NCBI RefSeq assembly: GCF_009914755.1
Contig: NC_060936.1
DNA: 64,000 nucleotides
From: the human T2T-CHM13v2.0 reference genome, Homo sapiens
Strand: one strand, 5' to 3'
Below the pieces are notes generated by a model. It made no database searches, was not told where the DNA came from, and saw only the letters and a program-made list of their open reading frames with translations. The position numbers and the translations under genes were made by a program. Positions 38,131-55,697 of this stretch are shown in pieces; positions within the stretch are counted from its first letter, which is position 1; each line of letters starts with the position of its first letter.

Positions 38131-40679
38131 GAAAATGACAACTGAGCTGGCTAAGATTGTTATTTTGAAACAAGACACATTTTTTAAGGCCTAGCTTCAG
38201 CTCATAGTCCACCAGTTTGCAACCTCTGTTTTAACACTTCCTTGTTTTCTAGTCATTTCATGTGTTCATGTCTTACCCAACTAGAAGGTAAAATTCCCTG
38301 GAAGTAGGAACTGTGTCTTAACCTTCTTTGGTATCTTTCAAAGTGGGTACTTGGAGCTTTGCAGTGGGCAAATCACAGTTGCCCTGCTGAATACTGGATG
38401 ATACCCACACACTCATAACTAATTATTAGACACTGCCATGCTGTACACAGAGCTGTGGCCACATGGGATTAATTGTAACATTTCAAGAATAAGAAGAGAG
38501 CTTTTGAAGTACAAAAAGAAATTCATTCTGACTAGCAGGTGGGGATGGTGTGTCAGGAGAGACGAGGGTGAAGAGGGCAGGGAGACGGGAAAGGGGCCTT
38601 ATAGGCCACAAGAAGGGGAAATGGGAAATTGCCACAGGCTGTAAGCAGAGGGTGACGAGATTGGATTGGATTTTGAGATAAATCATAAAAACTAGAGCCT
38701 GGAACGCCCCTGCTAAGAGATTCAGGAAAATGGTAAATGCCGCTTGGCAACAGCTCTCCAGGGCCACATGTGAACACAAACACACTTGTTTGTGTTCAGC
38801 GAATGAGGAGGTTGGGGACATAGGGAAGAACTAGGGGAACTCGGGGGGCTTCAACAAGAGGAGTGAGGCAAATGCACACCCCCTTCAGAGCAGGGGCTGT
38901 GTGCGCACGTGTGTATGTTGCGTGTGTGCAGTTAGAGTGGGGGTGATTCTTAGGTGGGTCTAGGCAAGCTGACACCCTAAGTTGCAGACCATGGGCAGCA
39001 GATGGAGGCGACGCTAAAGTCCAGCCATCAGACCCTCCGTGCTCCCCTGGAACACCTGTAGGAAACCCTGAGAACTCCAACTTTAAAGGGATCCAAGACA
39101 CTGTAGCCAGCACAGTAACCCGTGGCAACCCCTAGAGGTTGCTATAACCTCAGCAATGGGGAGCGTTATACCGAAGGAACCTGCCGGTTCCCCAGACACA
39201 AAAATGGCTGAACCTTGGTGATCACAGCACATGACCAGGAACCGCCAATACACTCATGGAACTGTCCCGCTGACAATGTCTAGAGGGAAAATGCCCTGTC
39301 CTCTAACACCCTTCTCTGAGGGGGAAAAAAGCCACATTAGAAGAAGTGATATGACCAAAAGACAAGCTTTCTCCAAAGGCCAATGGCCTTGGAATGTTTA
39401 TTAAGTGTTTTGTCTGTTTGCTCAAGTGCTATCCTTCAACACCGGGACTAGAAACAATTTCTTCAGAAATAACTAACCAGCCACAATTAGTAAAACTTCA
39501 TAAAGCCTGGAGAATACTGTCATCAGAAGAGCTACATTTGGGGCAGTCTGGGGAAGGGTGAAGTGTGAGGATGGGGACCATTATCTCCAGAGGTCTAGTG
39601 ATTAAGAACTGGGTGACTCTGGACAGCTGGTCCCAGGGACTTTGCACTTGTGGTGGAGGCTGAATTCGTCATTCCCAATCCGGATGCTATGCAATCATCG
39701 TCAAGTACTCCAATCCATCTGCATGTCTGAATATGGATGGGGATGCTCTGCACTGTCCCCATCGGCCGCTGGGTCCTCCACTCTCTCTCTGCTCTGGATC
39801 TCTGGATCTCATCTTTCTACTTCCTCTGCAGGTGGCATCATGGGGACTGTCTGGTGACTCCCCTAAGCAACCAGCATCAGACACTAGAAACTTCCAGTCA
39901 AGTCTCCTGGTCCCTGATTCCAACCAGACGACCACATCTTCACCCCAGGATGGACTTTAGACCTCAGCAGCAGAGACAGCCATACTTCCTGTGTGACACT
40001 GGGGCAACCACGTTTCTCACAGGCCCCCAGGTGGGGCTGAGATGAGAGCAGGCCATCTGAAGGTGCACAAAATAGGCAGGATGGGATGGAGGCCAAGAAC
40101 ATCCCAGTGAAATGGGTGCTCCCAATTTGCATTTGGGAAAGAAGGGCTCCCACCTTTCCCAAGCCCTGCATTTCACATATTTTGCCCCTATTCTACTCTA
40201 CACTCAACCCCCAACTCTCTGAGTTCCACTCCACATGACCCCGCCCCCATCTTAACTTGCTGTGTCCTCACCCTACTCCACAGATCCCTGCCTCCCGTGC
40301 CTTTGCTCCAGGTGAGGCCATACACTTGGCGGAGGCCTATTTGCTGTGGCCATTTTGACCCAGGGAATGTCTGATGTGACCATTTGAAAACACTCTCCAC
40401 AAAATTGCTCGAAACACTGTTTTATATTAAAAATTCAAAGCAGGCCTAAGTGAAAAAGACAAACAAGGGACAAGGGATGTGGGCCTGATGACTACTGAAT
40501 GTACTACTTAGTAACAATAATTAAAAACTAAATATTTAATAGTTTGGCTTTCCCCCCAGCTACCTAAAAAAAAGCAAACAAACAAAAAAACTGCCTCTCA
40601 GACTAAAATAGCTGCTTCAAGAGCGCCACATCAACATGTGATAAGTTTGCTCACATTGTTACCTTCATCTTCCTACTCC

Positions 40680-40970
40680 CTGTGTCAATTACAAATGGCT
40701 TATGATGCAACTAATGGCCATTATCAAAGGCATAAGGAAAGACATTTAAGACTTCACATCACAAGAAGTCTCCAGACAGATGATTCCCAGCATTGACTCA
40801 ACTGCTCAACGGGGCTCACAGAGACCCAGCTCCTGTCCGGCTTTCTTCTGCCATCCTTAGCTGCTTGGCTTTTAGTTCTCATTCTCATCACTTCATGGTT
40901 GCAAGATGGCTGCCACGGTTCCACGCATCACATCTTCACACAAGGCAGGAAAAAAGGGAAAGGGGCAGTA
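40680..40970 (-). mobile_element. Old ERVL LTR (LTR33/LTR16-like) fragment
   Basis: TCATGGTTGCAAGATGGCTGCC...CATCACATC motif. Confidence 0.45.
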
Positions 40971-40987
40971 GTTAAAAGGCTGTTAGA

Positions 40988-43332
40988 GTGCTAGGTTTCC
41001 TGTTTAAGATAGCGTCCCCCATGGCAGCGCAGGCCTGGAAGCTTCTGCAAGCCCTAGCGCTGCTGCCCCGCTTCCTGGTGGCCAGGTCCCGGGCAGTTCA
41101 ATTAACCTCCAGAAGATGGCTGAGCCTGCAGGAATGCCAGAGCAAGAAACTGATGTCTGATAACAGAGTGACAGTTCAAAGATTCTTTGTAGCAGACACT
41201 GCGAATGAAGCTCTCGAGGCCGCTAAGAGACTAAATGCAAAAGAAATTGTTTTAAAAGCCCAGATCTTAGCTGGAGGAAGAGGAAAAGGTGTCTTCAATA
41301 GTGGTTTGAAAAGAGGTGTTCATTTAACAAAAGACCCTAATGTTGTGGGACAGCTGGCTAAACAGATGATTGGGTACAATCTAGCGACAAAACAAACTCC
41401 AAAAGAAGGTGTGAAAGTTAACAAGGTGATGGTTGCTGAAGCCTTGGACATTTCCAGAGAAACCTACCTGGCAATTCTGATGGACCAGTCCTGCAATGGC
41501 CCCATGCTGGTGGGCAGCCCCCAGGAGGGCATCGACATTGAAGAGGTGGCTGCTTCAAACCCAGAGCTCATTTTTAAGGAGCAAATTGACATTTTTGAAG
41601 GAATAAAGGACAGCCAAGCTCAGCGGATGGCAGAAAATCTAGGCTTCGTTGGGCCTTTGAAAAGCCAGGCTGCAGATCAAATTACGAAGCTGTATAATCT
41701 CTTCCTGAAAATTGATGCTACTCAGGTGGAAGTGAATCCCTTTGGTGAAACTCCAGAAGGACAAGTTGTCTGTTTTGATGCCAAGATAAACTTTGATGAC
41801 AATGCAGAATTCCAACAAAAAGACATATTTGCTATGGACGACAAATCAGAGAATGAGCCCATTGAAAATGAAGCTGCCAAATATGATCTAAAATACATAG
41901 GACTAGATGGGAACATTGCCTGCTTTGTGAATGGTGCTGGGCTCGCCATGGCTACTTGTGATATCATTTTCCTTAATGGTAGGAAGCCAGCCAGCTTCTT
42001 GGATCTTGGAGGTGGTGTAAAGGAAGCTCAAGTATATCAAGCATTCACATTGCCCACAGCTGATCCTAAGGTTGAAGCCATCCTTGTCAATATTTTTGGT
42101 GGTATCGTCAACTGTGCCATCATTGCCAATGGGATCACCAAAGCCTGCCAGGAGCTAGAACTCAAGGTGCCCCTTGTGGTTTGGCTTGAAGGAACCAACG
42201 TCCAAGAGGCCCAGGAAATACTCAACAGCAGACTCCCCATTACTTCAGCCGTTGACCTGGAGGATGCAGCCAAGAAGGCTGTGGCCAGTGTGGCCAAGAA
42301 GTGATGTCTTTGTCCTGATCCGATGGAGAAACAAAGCCATTTTTCCATAAAAAGGGATGGTTCATCATTGTGAAAGAAATGGTTATCTCGTTGGGGAGGA
42401 AAAGGGGGGGTGAAGGCAAGAATCACTGAAAAATCTTAAATCTGTGTTTTCTGGAATAAGCTATCTAGACAGCCTAAATCTGATTTTAGTCTTTATAAAA
42501 ATAATATCTCGTATTCTCATACTTTTCTGTCACTGTAAGCCTGCCCAGTAGGCAGTGTTTTGCAGACTTTGGGGAGCGGTCTATGTGGCCAAATATTGTG
42601 TGTATAGACAGAATTTGAAATCGGGTCCTGCTTCATTTACAAGAATTTTGGTGGGCATCTAATCCTACATAATGAAAAAGAAGAACAGACCATTTAAAAA
42701 CTCAGACAAGATTATATTTAATATATTAATTACTAAAAAGGCACAAGATTACACTGAACATTAGCTACTAAAAAGGCACTGCCAAGACATTCAAACAAAT
42801 AGCTATTACACACTGCAGCAGATTTTACAGGTTTCTAATTCCAACATATGTTTGAAAAATCCATGAGTGTTCCAAAATATACTTAATAATGGAAGGTCTG
42901 CATTAATATACCATCCATGTGTTTTTACCATTTGGTTTAATATTGAATATACTGTTTACCTCACACTACAAATAAAACCAGAAACCTTATTTGTGACTTT
43001 GGAGTGGAAGCTTCCATTTTTGGGTCAAAAATGAATCCTGATTCTTATGGAAATCTCTGTTATTAAGTCATTTCAAGATGAGACAACACTGAAGATCAAA
43101 TTGTGTTGGGTATCAGTATCTTCTCTCCTCGTTTATCTCTTACACCTCATCCTCCCAGGATCTACCAGTTGATGGTAGAAAGATGGGAACCTTATCTGAA
43201 TGTTTTTTTTTTCCATGATGTCCAATTTTGTTGTGGGAAAGGATTTGGATAAAGTTTTTGTTTAAATTTTGGTAGATTTTTATCTATACAAGTTTAAATA
43301 AAATTATGTTTTGTAAGTTGTAAAAGAAAAAA
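40988..43332 (+). pseudogene. SUCLG2P2: SUCLG2 (GDP-forming succinyl-CoA ligase beta subunit) processed pseudogene/retrocopy, full length with 3'UTR; open ORF 41021-42304
   Basis: Intronless ORF matching SUCLG2 (LKAQILAGGRGKG, FVNGAGLAMATCD, NIFGGIVNC, C-terminal AVASVAKK). ~1 kb 3'UTR, AATAAA at 43297-43302 and an A tail. 14-bp TSD AAAAGGCTGTTAGA at 40974-40987 and 43333-43346, preceded by TT (L1 endonuclease TT/AAAA site). The P2 number is from recall. Confidence 0.95.
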
Positions 43333-43346
43333 AAAAGGCTGTTAGA

Positions 43347-44040
43347 ACTGTCCTGGGAAGAACTGGACCAGAACTAGTGCAGCTGCGGTTGAGATGGAGA
43401 GATGATGATTTTGAGATGTATTTAGAAGGTAGAATTGACATGGGTTGATGGTGGTAATGACAAGGAAGATGGTTCTGAGGTTTCTAGCTTGGGTGGTGGT
43501 GGTGCCTTTTAATGGAAATAAAGAGTACAGAAAGAGCAGACTTGGTGTAAGGGAAAAAACAATGACCTTGGTGTTTTCGTTTGAGGTTCTCTAGGAACAT
43601 CCTGAACCAATATTATATAAGAAATTTAAAATATAGATCCACTGCTTATAAAAGAGGTAGATGCTACTAGCTATGTAACTGTAGTAATATTTGCCACACA
43701 GGCGGCAGCTGGGTCCACAGAGGGTGTGTAGGAAGGACGGGGAGCCACAGAACCCTGAAGAGTGGTGGAGAGGTACACGGAGACCTGGAGAGAAAACACC
43801 CTAAGGGATTAAGCTTCAAAGAACAGGAAGAGGTCTCCAGTGTTGACCAATCTAGAAACCAAGTAAGGCCAGGCTGTGAAATGCATGCACTGGTTTTGGC
43901 AATTAGGTGGTCGATGACCTCATTGGATGCAATTCTTGGGAGGGAGGTACTGATTCTAGTTTACAGTGGTTTGAGGAAACTTAGGCAGTAAGGAAGTGGA
44001 GACGTTCAGGAAATGTGCTGGAGGGATGGACATGTGACCA
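43347..44040 (-). mobile_element. L2 fragment (host of the SUCLG2 insertion)
   Basis: TTTAGAAGGTAGAATTGACA, GGTTTCTAGCTTGGGT; similar to the L2 at 52170-52240. Confidence 0.6.
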
Positions 44041-44049
44041 AGTTCTGGC

Positions 44050-44723
<674 letters not shown>

Positions 44724-45747
44724 CTACTGTTGCTCCCATTGGCCCTGGAAACTCTTCAGTGGGGTGATATTCCCCTACTGGATGAAAACTCTGGCAGGTC
44801 CATGACTTTTGTCCTCACCCTCAGGTAACAGATAACCCAAAGTCACTTTCCCTAGCCAACAGATTTGCAGTTGTGGAATCAGAATAGTACAAGATGAATA
44901 AAAGCCTGAATCTGATTTTGCATCGTGTCTCCGTTCCATCACCAGGCCTGTCTCAGGCCCACAGCCTGAAGTGTAAAGAGGCCATGGCTGGTGTTTCTTT
45001 CTTTTTCTGCCTCATGCTTCTTCTCCTTCCACCCAACGCTCACCCCTACGAGGCTGCTAGGGTGTGCTTGATCCCTTAGGGCCAGGGCGTGGGAAAGACA
45101 ACCGGTAGAGTCTTTCCTAAGTGGGTACTGCTAAAAGCCAGCTGGGGTCTCTGTTGTGACCCAACTGATTTTTTTCTCACGGATACTTCTGCAGGCTCTT
45201 AGGAGATTGCTACTCCGGGATTCCCTGCAGGTCTCTTGAGGGGATGCATCTGTCCTGGGGTCTCCTCCCTCAGCCTCACAGGGGTGCTGTGCCCACTTCC
45301 CACTTTCTTCTGAGGGGATCCCCTGCCCTCATTGGACTAGCAGCATTTCTCTCCTGAGTGCTGCATGCCAGAGCCGGAGAAGCACTCAGCATCACAGTGG
45401 CTGCCTCCAGCATAGGCCTCCTGTCTGGCAGCCACAGGTCTCGATAGCTCTCTCACTTGTCAGTCAAGAAGTAGGTCTCAATGCTCTGTCTGAGACCTGC
45501 CTTAAGTTGAGGGCAGTAAAACCTCCATCCTGGGCACCTCAGAAGAAATCTGAAGAAAAAAAACAGTTGAAGAATCTTCTCTTTCCCCTCTCTCAATCCT
45601 GAAAAGGGTGAGGAGTTCAGGAACACAGGGAGAGGCCCTCAAACCTGCGCTTTGGAAATTCTACCTATAGTGACTTGGCTTTGAAATGTTATCTTCTGTG
45701 TTTTGGCATCTTGGGCAAAACTGGTTTAATCACCCACCTCTGGAATG

Positions 45748-46084
<337 letters not shown>

Positions 46085-46583
46085 TTGGAATGCTTATTAT
46101 TGAGAAAAATAAACCTCTATTGTTTTAGCCAGTTTTGGCTCAACATTCTATTACTAGCCACCAAAAGCAGCTGAACTGCTTCACTGTGCTGGGTTGGCTT
46201 CATGACTCCCCTGGCACAATAAAGACAAAGCCCATCATTTATGATAGTAAAAAACTGCAGATACCCAACAACAGGAGATGAAACCAATGAAACACATACA
46301 TGATGGAAAATTGTGCAGGCACTTCAAGTGACAACTTATAGGAAAAAGTTCATATTTTGCTAGATTATATACATGCAGAGCAAAAAGACTAAGAGGAAAT
46401 ATGTAAGAAAGGTAAAATTCAATTTGGTTGAGAAATGGAGTAAACATATATTATATATGCATAGAAAATAGCTGGAAGAATACACAATACACAGATATCA
46501 ACAGTTGCATCTGGGGAGGGGTCTTGGGGATCTGGGTGGGAAGGAAGGTTACTTCTGAATTTTTCAACCATGTGCACATATTC

Positions 46584-46882
46584 TTTTTTTTTTTTTTTTT
46601 TTGAGATGGAGTCTCACTCTGTCGCCCAGGCTGGAGTGCAATGGTGCAATCTCAGCTCACTGCAAACTCCGCCTCCTGGGTTAAAGCAATTCTCAAGCCT
46701 CAGCCTCCCCGAGCAGCTGGGATTACAGGTGCGGGCCACCATGCCTGGCCAATTTTTATATTTTTAGCAGAGACAAGGTTTCGCCACGTTGGCCAGGCTG
46801 TTCTCAAACTCCTGACCTCGTGATTCGCCTGCCTCGGCCTCACAAAGTGCCGGGATTCCAGGCGTGAGCCACCGTGCCCGGC
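46584..46882 (-). mobile_element. AluS within old L1 (about 46220-47110)
   Basis: TSD CATGTGCA(C/T)ATATTCTTTTT. Confidence 0.92.
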
Positions 46883-47449
46883 ATGTGCATATATTCTTTT
46901 CTCAACTGAGGAAAGTAGTAGTTTCGTGGGTAGGGTTGGGTGGTGAAGGTTGTTTTTGTTTAAGTTCAACGTTTTTGGAGGGAAAGGGATAATAATGGTT
47001 TTCTCTAGGTGGAAGAATTAATGCGGATTTTTATCTTTCTCTGTCTCTTCTATATTTCCCCAAATGTCTCCAAGTCATTTTGTATTACTAAAATAATCAG
47101 GAAAAAACCCACAATAAAATGCTCTTCCTTTCCTTGTTCCCTTTCCTTCCAGAATAATTCAGTTTTAAAGCCATTAGCAGTTAGTTGAACAGAGTAAGGC
47201 AGGGACCCATGGTGGGAGGGGCTGGTAGCCTAGAGCAGGGTGGCCGAGCTCAGGCATGGGGAGGAGGACACAGGGGAGGGGGTACCCGGCAGAGTCATCA
47301 ATCCAGAAGGGTGGAAGAGGGCTTCCTTGAATGGGCAGCCTGGAGCATGTGTCAAAGCCAGAGAGGGTGGCAGGGAGGTACATGCACTGGGGCCACCAGC
47401 AAGGTTGTCTTAGATCCAAGTAGGGCGAGGCAGTCAGCACTGTTAGTAC

Positions 47450-49530
<2,081 letters not shown>

Positions 49531-49854
49531 CAAATAAATTGATTTACATATAGAACTGAACATCTCTAAATATATAGTAAACGTTATTACATATTATATT
49601 TTTATTTATGCATTAATAATGTATAAATATAAAGTACTAAAACCTGGGAGCAGATCTCAACTTCCTTATGCCCAATGGGAATCTTCAAGCCCCTGAAGTT
49701 CCAAAGAGGTTCCAAAGAGAGCGAGCCAGGCCTTGGGAGGCTGCATAACTATAACTGAAGGCTGGGTCCCTCTCTATACCTTCTGACCATCCTATTCTGA
49801 GAAGATGGCTTTCAAACATCCTAGAAAACTCAAAATCAGAAATTCTAAATTTCT

Positions 49855-50365
49855 AATATTCTGTCCCTGGGCTCTCTATTCTGTTCCATTGGTCTATCTG
49901 TCTGTTGTTACAGAAGGATCATGCTGTTTTGTTTACCACAGTTTTATATATATTTTGAAATCAGGTAATGTGATACCTCCAGCTTTCTTCTTTCTGTTCA
50001 AGATTGCTTTGACTATTTGTGGTCTTTTGGGATCCCATATATATTTCATAAGTGTTTTTTTATTTATGTGAAGAATGTCATAGATATTTTGATTGGTATT
50101 TCATTGAATCTGTAGATTGCTTTGAGTAGTATGGACATTTTAACAATAATAATTATTCCAATCCATGAACATGGGATATCTTTCCACTTATTTGTGTCTT
50201 GTTCAATCTCATTCATCAGTGGTTTCTAGTTTTCAGTGTACAGATCTTTCACCTCCTTAAGTTTATTCCCAAGTATTTTAATTTTTGGTAGCTATTGTAA
50301 ATGGAATTTTCTTAATTTCTGTTTCAGATAATTTGCTGTTAGTGTACAGAAACACTGCTAATTTT
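49855..50365 (-). mobile_element. L1 ORF2-region fragment (L1PB/L1MA-like)
   Basis: CTCTATTCTGTTCCATTGGTCTAT, TTGAATCTGTAGATTGCTTTGAGTAGTATGGACATTTTAACAAT. Confidence 0.85.
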
Positions 50366-51160
50366 ATAGTGTTCTCATAAATCACTGAAATCCCAGAAAT
50401 TCTGCTAATTCAGGATCCCAAAGGCATGCCACAGATTGTTTCATGTCCCTGGAAGTGACTTGATGGTTTGGCATCAGACAGAGGAGGGTTTGATTTCCAA
50501 TTCTACCATTTCTGTACCATTTCTCACCCTTTCAGCACCATTGCCTCTTGTTCCTTCATGTGTCAAGTAAGAAGATGACAGTAGCTTCTTCTTAGGGCTG
50601 CAGTGTAGATGAAGTGAGATAATATGTAAAGCCCCTTAGCCCTCTGCCTGGAAAATGACATATTCCATGAAGAGGAACTTGTTCCCTTTATCATTTAGAA
50701 GTTCTTTGTAAGTCATATTTCCCTGTTTTGACTCCAGAAATGTGGTCATAATTTCAATAAAAGTGGAAAGTACCTAAAGTCAGCCTGGGCTGGGCTCTGA
50801 GGTGTGCTCTTTTTTTTAGCCAGGGTGGACTTCAGACTCCAGCAAATTTTATGAGATTAGCTTTATAGCCCAGAGTTCCTCCTAGTGTGGGGTGAGGAGA
50901 GAATGGGAAGGGCATGGTGAGGTAAAGGTCAGTATCAGGGAAACTGAAGTCAAAGAAAGCTGTTCAGAAGTGGCAGCATTCTAGTTAGATATCTTTATCC
51001 CTTTGCATCGGGGGGGTTTTTGGAAGGTTGTAGTAAACCCAACCATAATCAACACTATTTATTGAACACCAGCTGTCTAGGTACGGCAGATAAGAAAAAG
51101 ACACACTCCCAGTCCACCAAGTGCTCACAATCTAGGGGCAAAGGAAAATAGCCCCAGTAG

Positions 51161-51467
<307 letters not shown>

Positions 51468-51489
51468 AGATATTTCATTCTCACAGTAC

Positions 51490-53400
<1,911 letters not shown>

Positions 53401-53830
53401 CACTGGAAAACAGGTGCTGATGAAGGAGGTGCCGGCTCTCAGAAGAGGCAGGAGGCCCAGGTGGGAGTCTGTCTTGGACAGAGGCCTGGAGTGGTATGAA
53501 GGAGGGGTGAGCCGAGGGGAGAGCTGAGGCCTGATGAAGTGGGGACCCTAGCCTTCTGCAGAAGGGAAGCTATTCGGCAAGGGGGTGCCAGGGAAGGCAG
53601 CGGCTTCCTCAGCACTTGCTGCGGGAAGAAACACTGAAGTCCCAGGCTTCCAGGTAATGCTGTTTTCATCAGCAGAGCCCCGCTGGCCTGAGCTGGAATT
53701 CTGACTGAGCAGGTGACATGGGCAAGGGCCGGGGGTGAGGCACAGAGTCTGCTGCGGAAGCATCTGCGGGGTGCAGTAGCCAGTAGAGGCGGCCCCGGGT
53801 ATGCCTCGGGGCTGGGCGTCCCGCAGAGGG

Positions 53831-53880
53831 GGTTACTCACTGCTGACTCAGCCCCAGGTGCTCATTTGCATGTTACTCAT
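53831..53880. promoter_or_regulatory. TF motif cluster (MARE/ARE-AP-1, E-box, octamer), candidate enhancer core
   Basis: TGCTGACTCAGC 53841-53852, CAGGTG 53855-53860, ATTTGCAT 53864-53871, GTTACTCA at 53832 and 53872. Confidence 0.5.
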
Positions 53881-54283
53881 TTCAAGCCAAAAACACTGGA
53901 GCAGGAGTACAGGAGCATCTCATCCCCTTTCCAAACAGAACCACCCCAGGTCTTCCCAGCGCTCCTGCTGCTGTGCCGAGTCTCTCTGACCCAGAAATAT
54001 TTCTACTTTGGAAGAGTCTACTAAGCTGTGCTGTATAGCTATCTGTGAAATTGAGCTGAAAAATTCAAAGAAACACTCAGAAAATTCATTTTCTCTGTAA
54101 GGATATCAAGGTAAGTTTAACATGCCAAGAGCCTGGGCCTTCCCCCTTCCAAATATTATCTTATTTTCACCTGACTTCTCCCCCACCAGAATGTAACCTC
54201 CAAGAGGATAGTAACATTGTTTTGTACTCTGTGCCCAGAACAGTGCACGGCATGCAGCAGGTGCTCAATAAATGGATTAAATT

Positions 54284-54563
54284 CTGTAATCCCAGCACTT
54301 TGGGAGGCCGAGGTGGGCAGATCACTTGAGGCCAGGAGTTTGAGACCAGCCTGGCCAACGTGGTGCAACCTCGTCTTTATTAAAAATACAAAAAATTAGC
54401 CGGGCATGGTGGTGCCTGCCTGTGGTCCCAGCTACTCAGGAGGCTGAGGCAGGAGAATAGCTTGAACCTGGGAGGCGGAGGTTGCATGAGCAGAGATTGT
54501 GCCACTGCACTCCAGCCTGGGCAACAGAGCGAGACTCTGACTCACATAAATAAACTAATTAAT
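54284..54563 (+). mobile_element. 5'-truncated Alu abutting the MIR5700 hairpin
   Basis: Starts at CTGTAATCCCAGC; TSD AATG(G/C)ATTAAATT at 54271-54283 and 54565-54577. Confidence 0.9.
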
Positions 54564-54629
54564 TAATGCATTAAATTATTGAAGGCCCTTGGGCACCCCA
54601 GGCCTTCAATAATTTAATGCATTTATTGA
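54559..54629 (+). ncRNA. MIR5700: miRNA-like hairpin (hsa-mir-5700)
   Basis: Perfect 23-bp inverted repeat 54565-54587/54601-54623 with a 13-nt loop. The 5' arm contains TAATGCATTAAATTATTGAAGG, which I recall as mature miR-5700. Strand is uncertain because the stem is palindromic. Confidence 0.8.
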
Positions 54630-55282
54630 GCATCTACTATCTCATCTAACCCCTATAATCCTAGGCAGTTAACAGTTTAGGAAGGGGAGATTCTCAGAGG
54701 TGAAACACCACCCCTCCCATCCCCTCATCCTCATTTAATCAAATTGCCAGTAAGGGGAAAGCCCCCGAGTTTCGAGCTGGGCTTCCCACATGTCATGGAG
54801 TTCAGAAATGCCTCTATCAGTTTATCAGGTGCTCACTCCTGTGAAACTGATTCATGCTAACGGATTCACTCTGACAAGAATATCCCCGAGAAGAGAAAGC
54901 GAATGTAGTGATTTACATTCAAGCATATACAGCTGCCAAGGAGCTGAAACGTTCTGCCCTGTCGGACAGCTCAGTCTGTCCCCAGTAGAAAGAGTTCACT
55001 GAGGCTGCCAAGCAGTCGCCAGCTTGGCTTGGAGCCTGCACAGAGTCGATAGCCTCAGGGAGGCCATGAACAAGCTCTGTGAACCAGAAACCCAGAAGAC
55101 CGAGTGCAGCTGGCCAGGCAGGATCCCCGCCTGCTCTAGGGACACAGCTGCCACTCTCCAGCTCACCCAGAGAGCCAGCCACCGGCCTCCTGCAACCCTC
55201 TACCTTCTCTTTTGAGAATGATTGCTTATTGACTGAATGGGTCACCTCCATTCCCTCTCATTCATGGTTTCCATGGACTTTC

Positions 55283-55697
<415 letters not shown>

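Noticed and set aside
39642-40176. Stack of overlapping 70-100-aa ORFs in unique sequence
   Set aside because: No recognisable homology, TSD or poly(A); expected by chance at this GC content, though tBLASTn would be needed to exclude a decayed pseudogene
40988-41020. N-terminal extension in the 438-aa ORF call
   Set aside because: Starts at a GTG in retroposed 5'UTR sequence; the first ATG is at 41021
41722-42426. Minus-strand ORFs of 81 and 129 aa
   Set aside because: Antisense shadows of the SUCLG2 retrocopy
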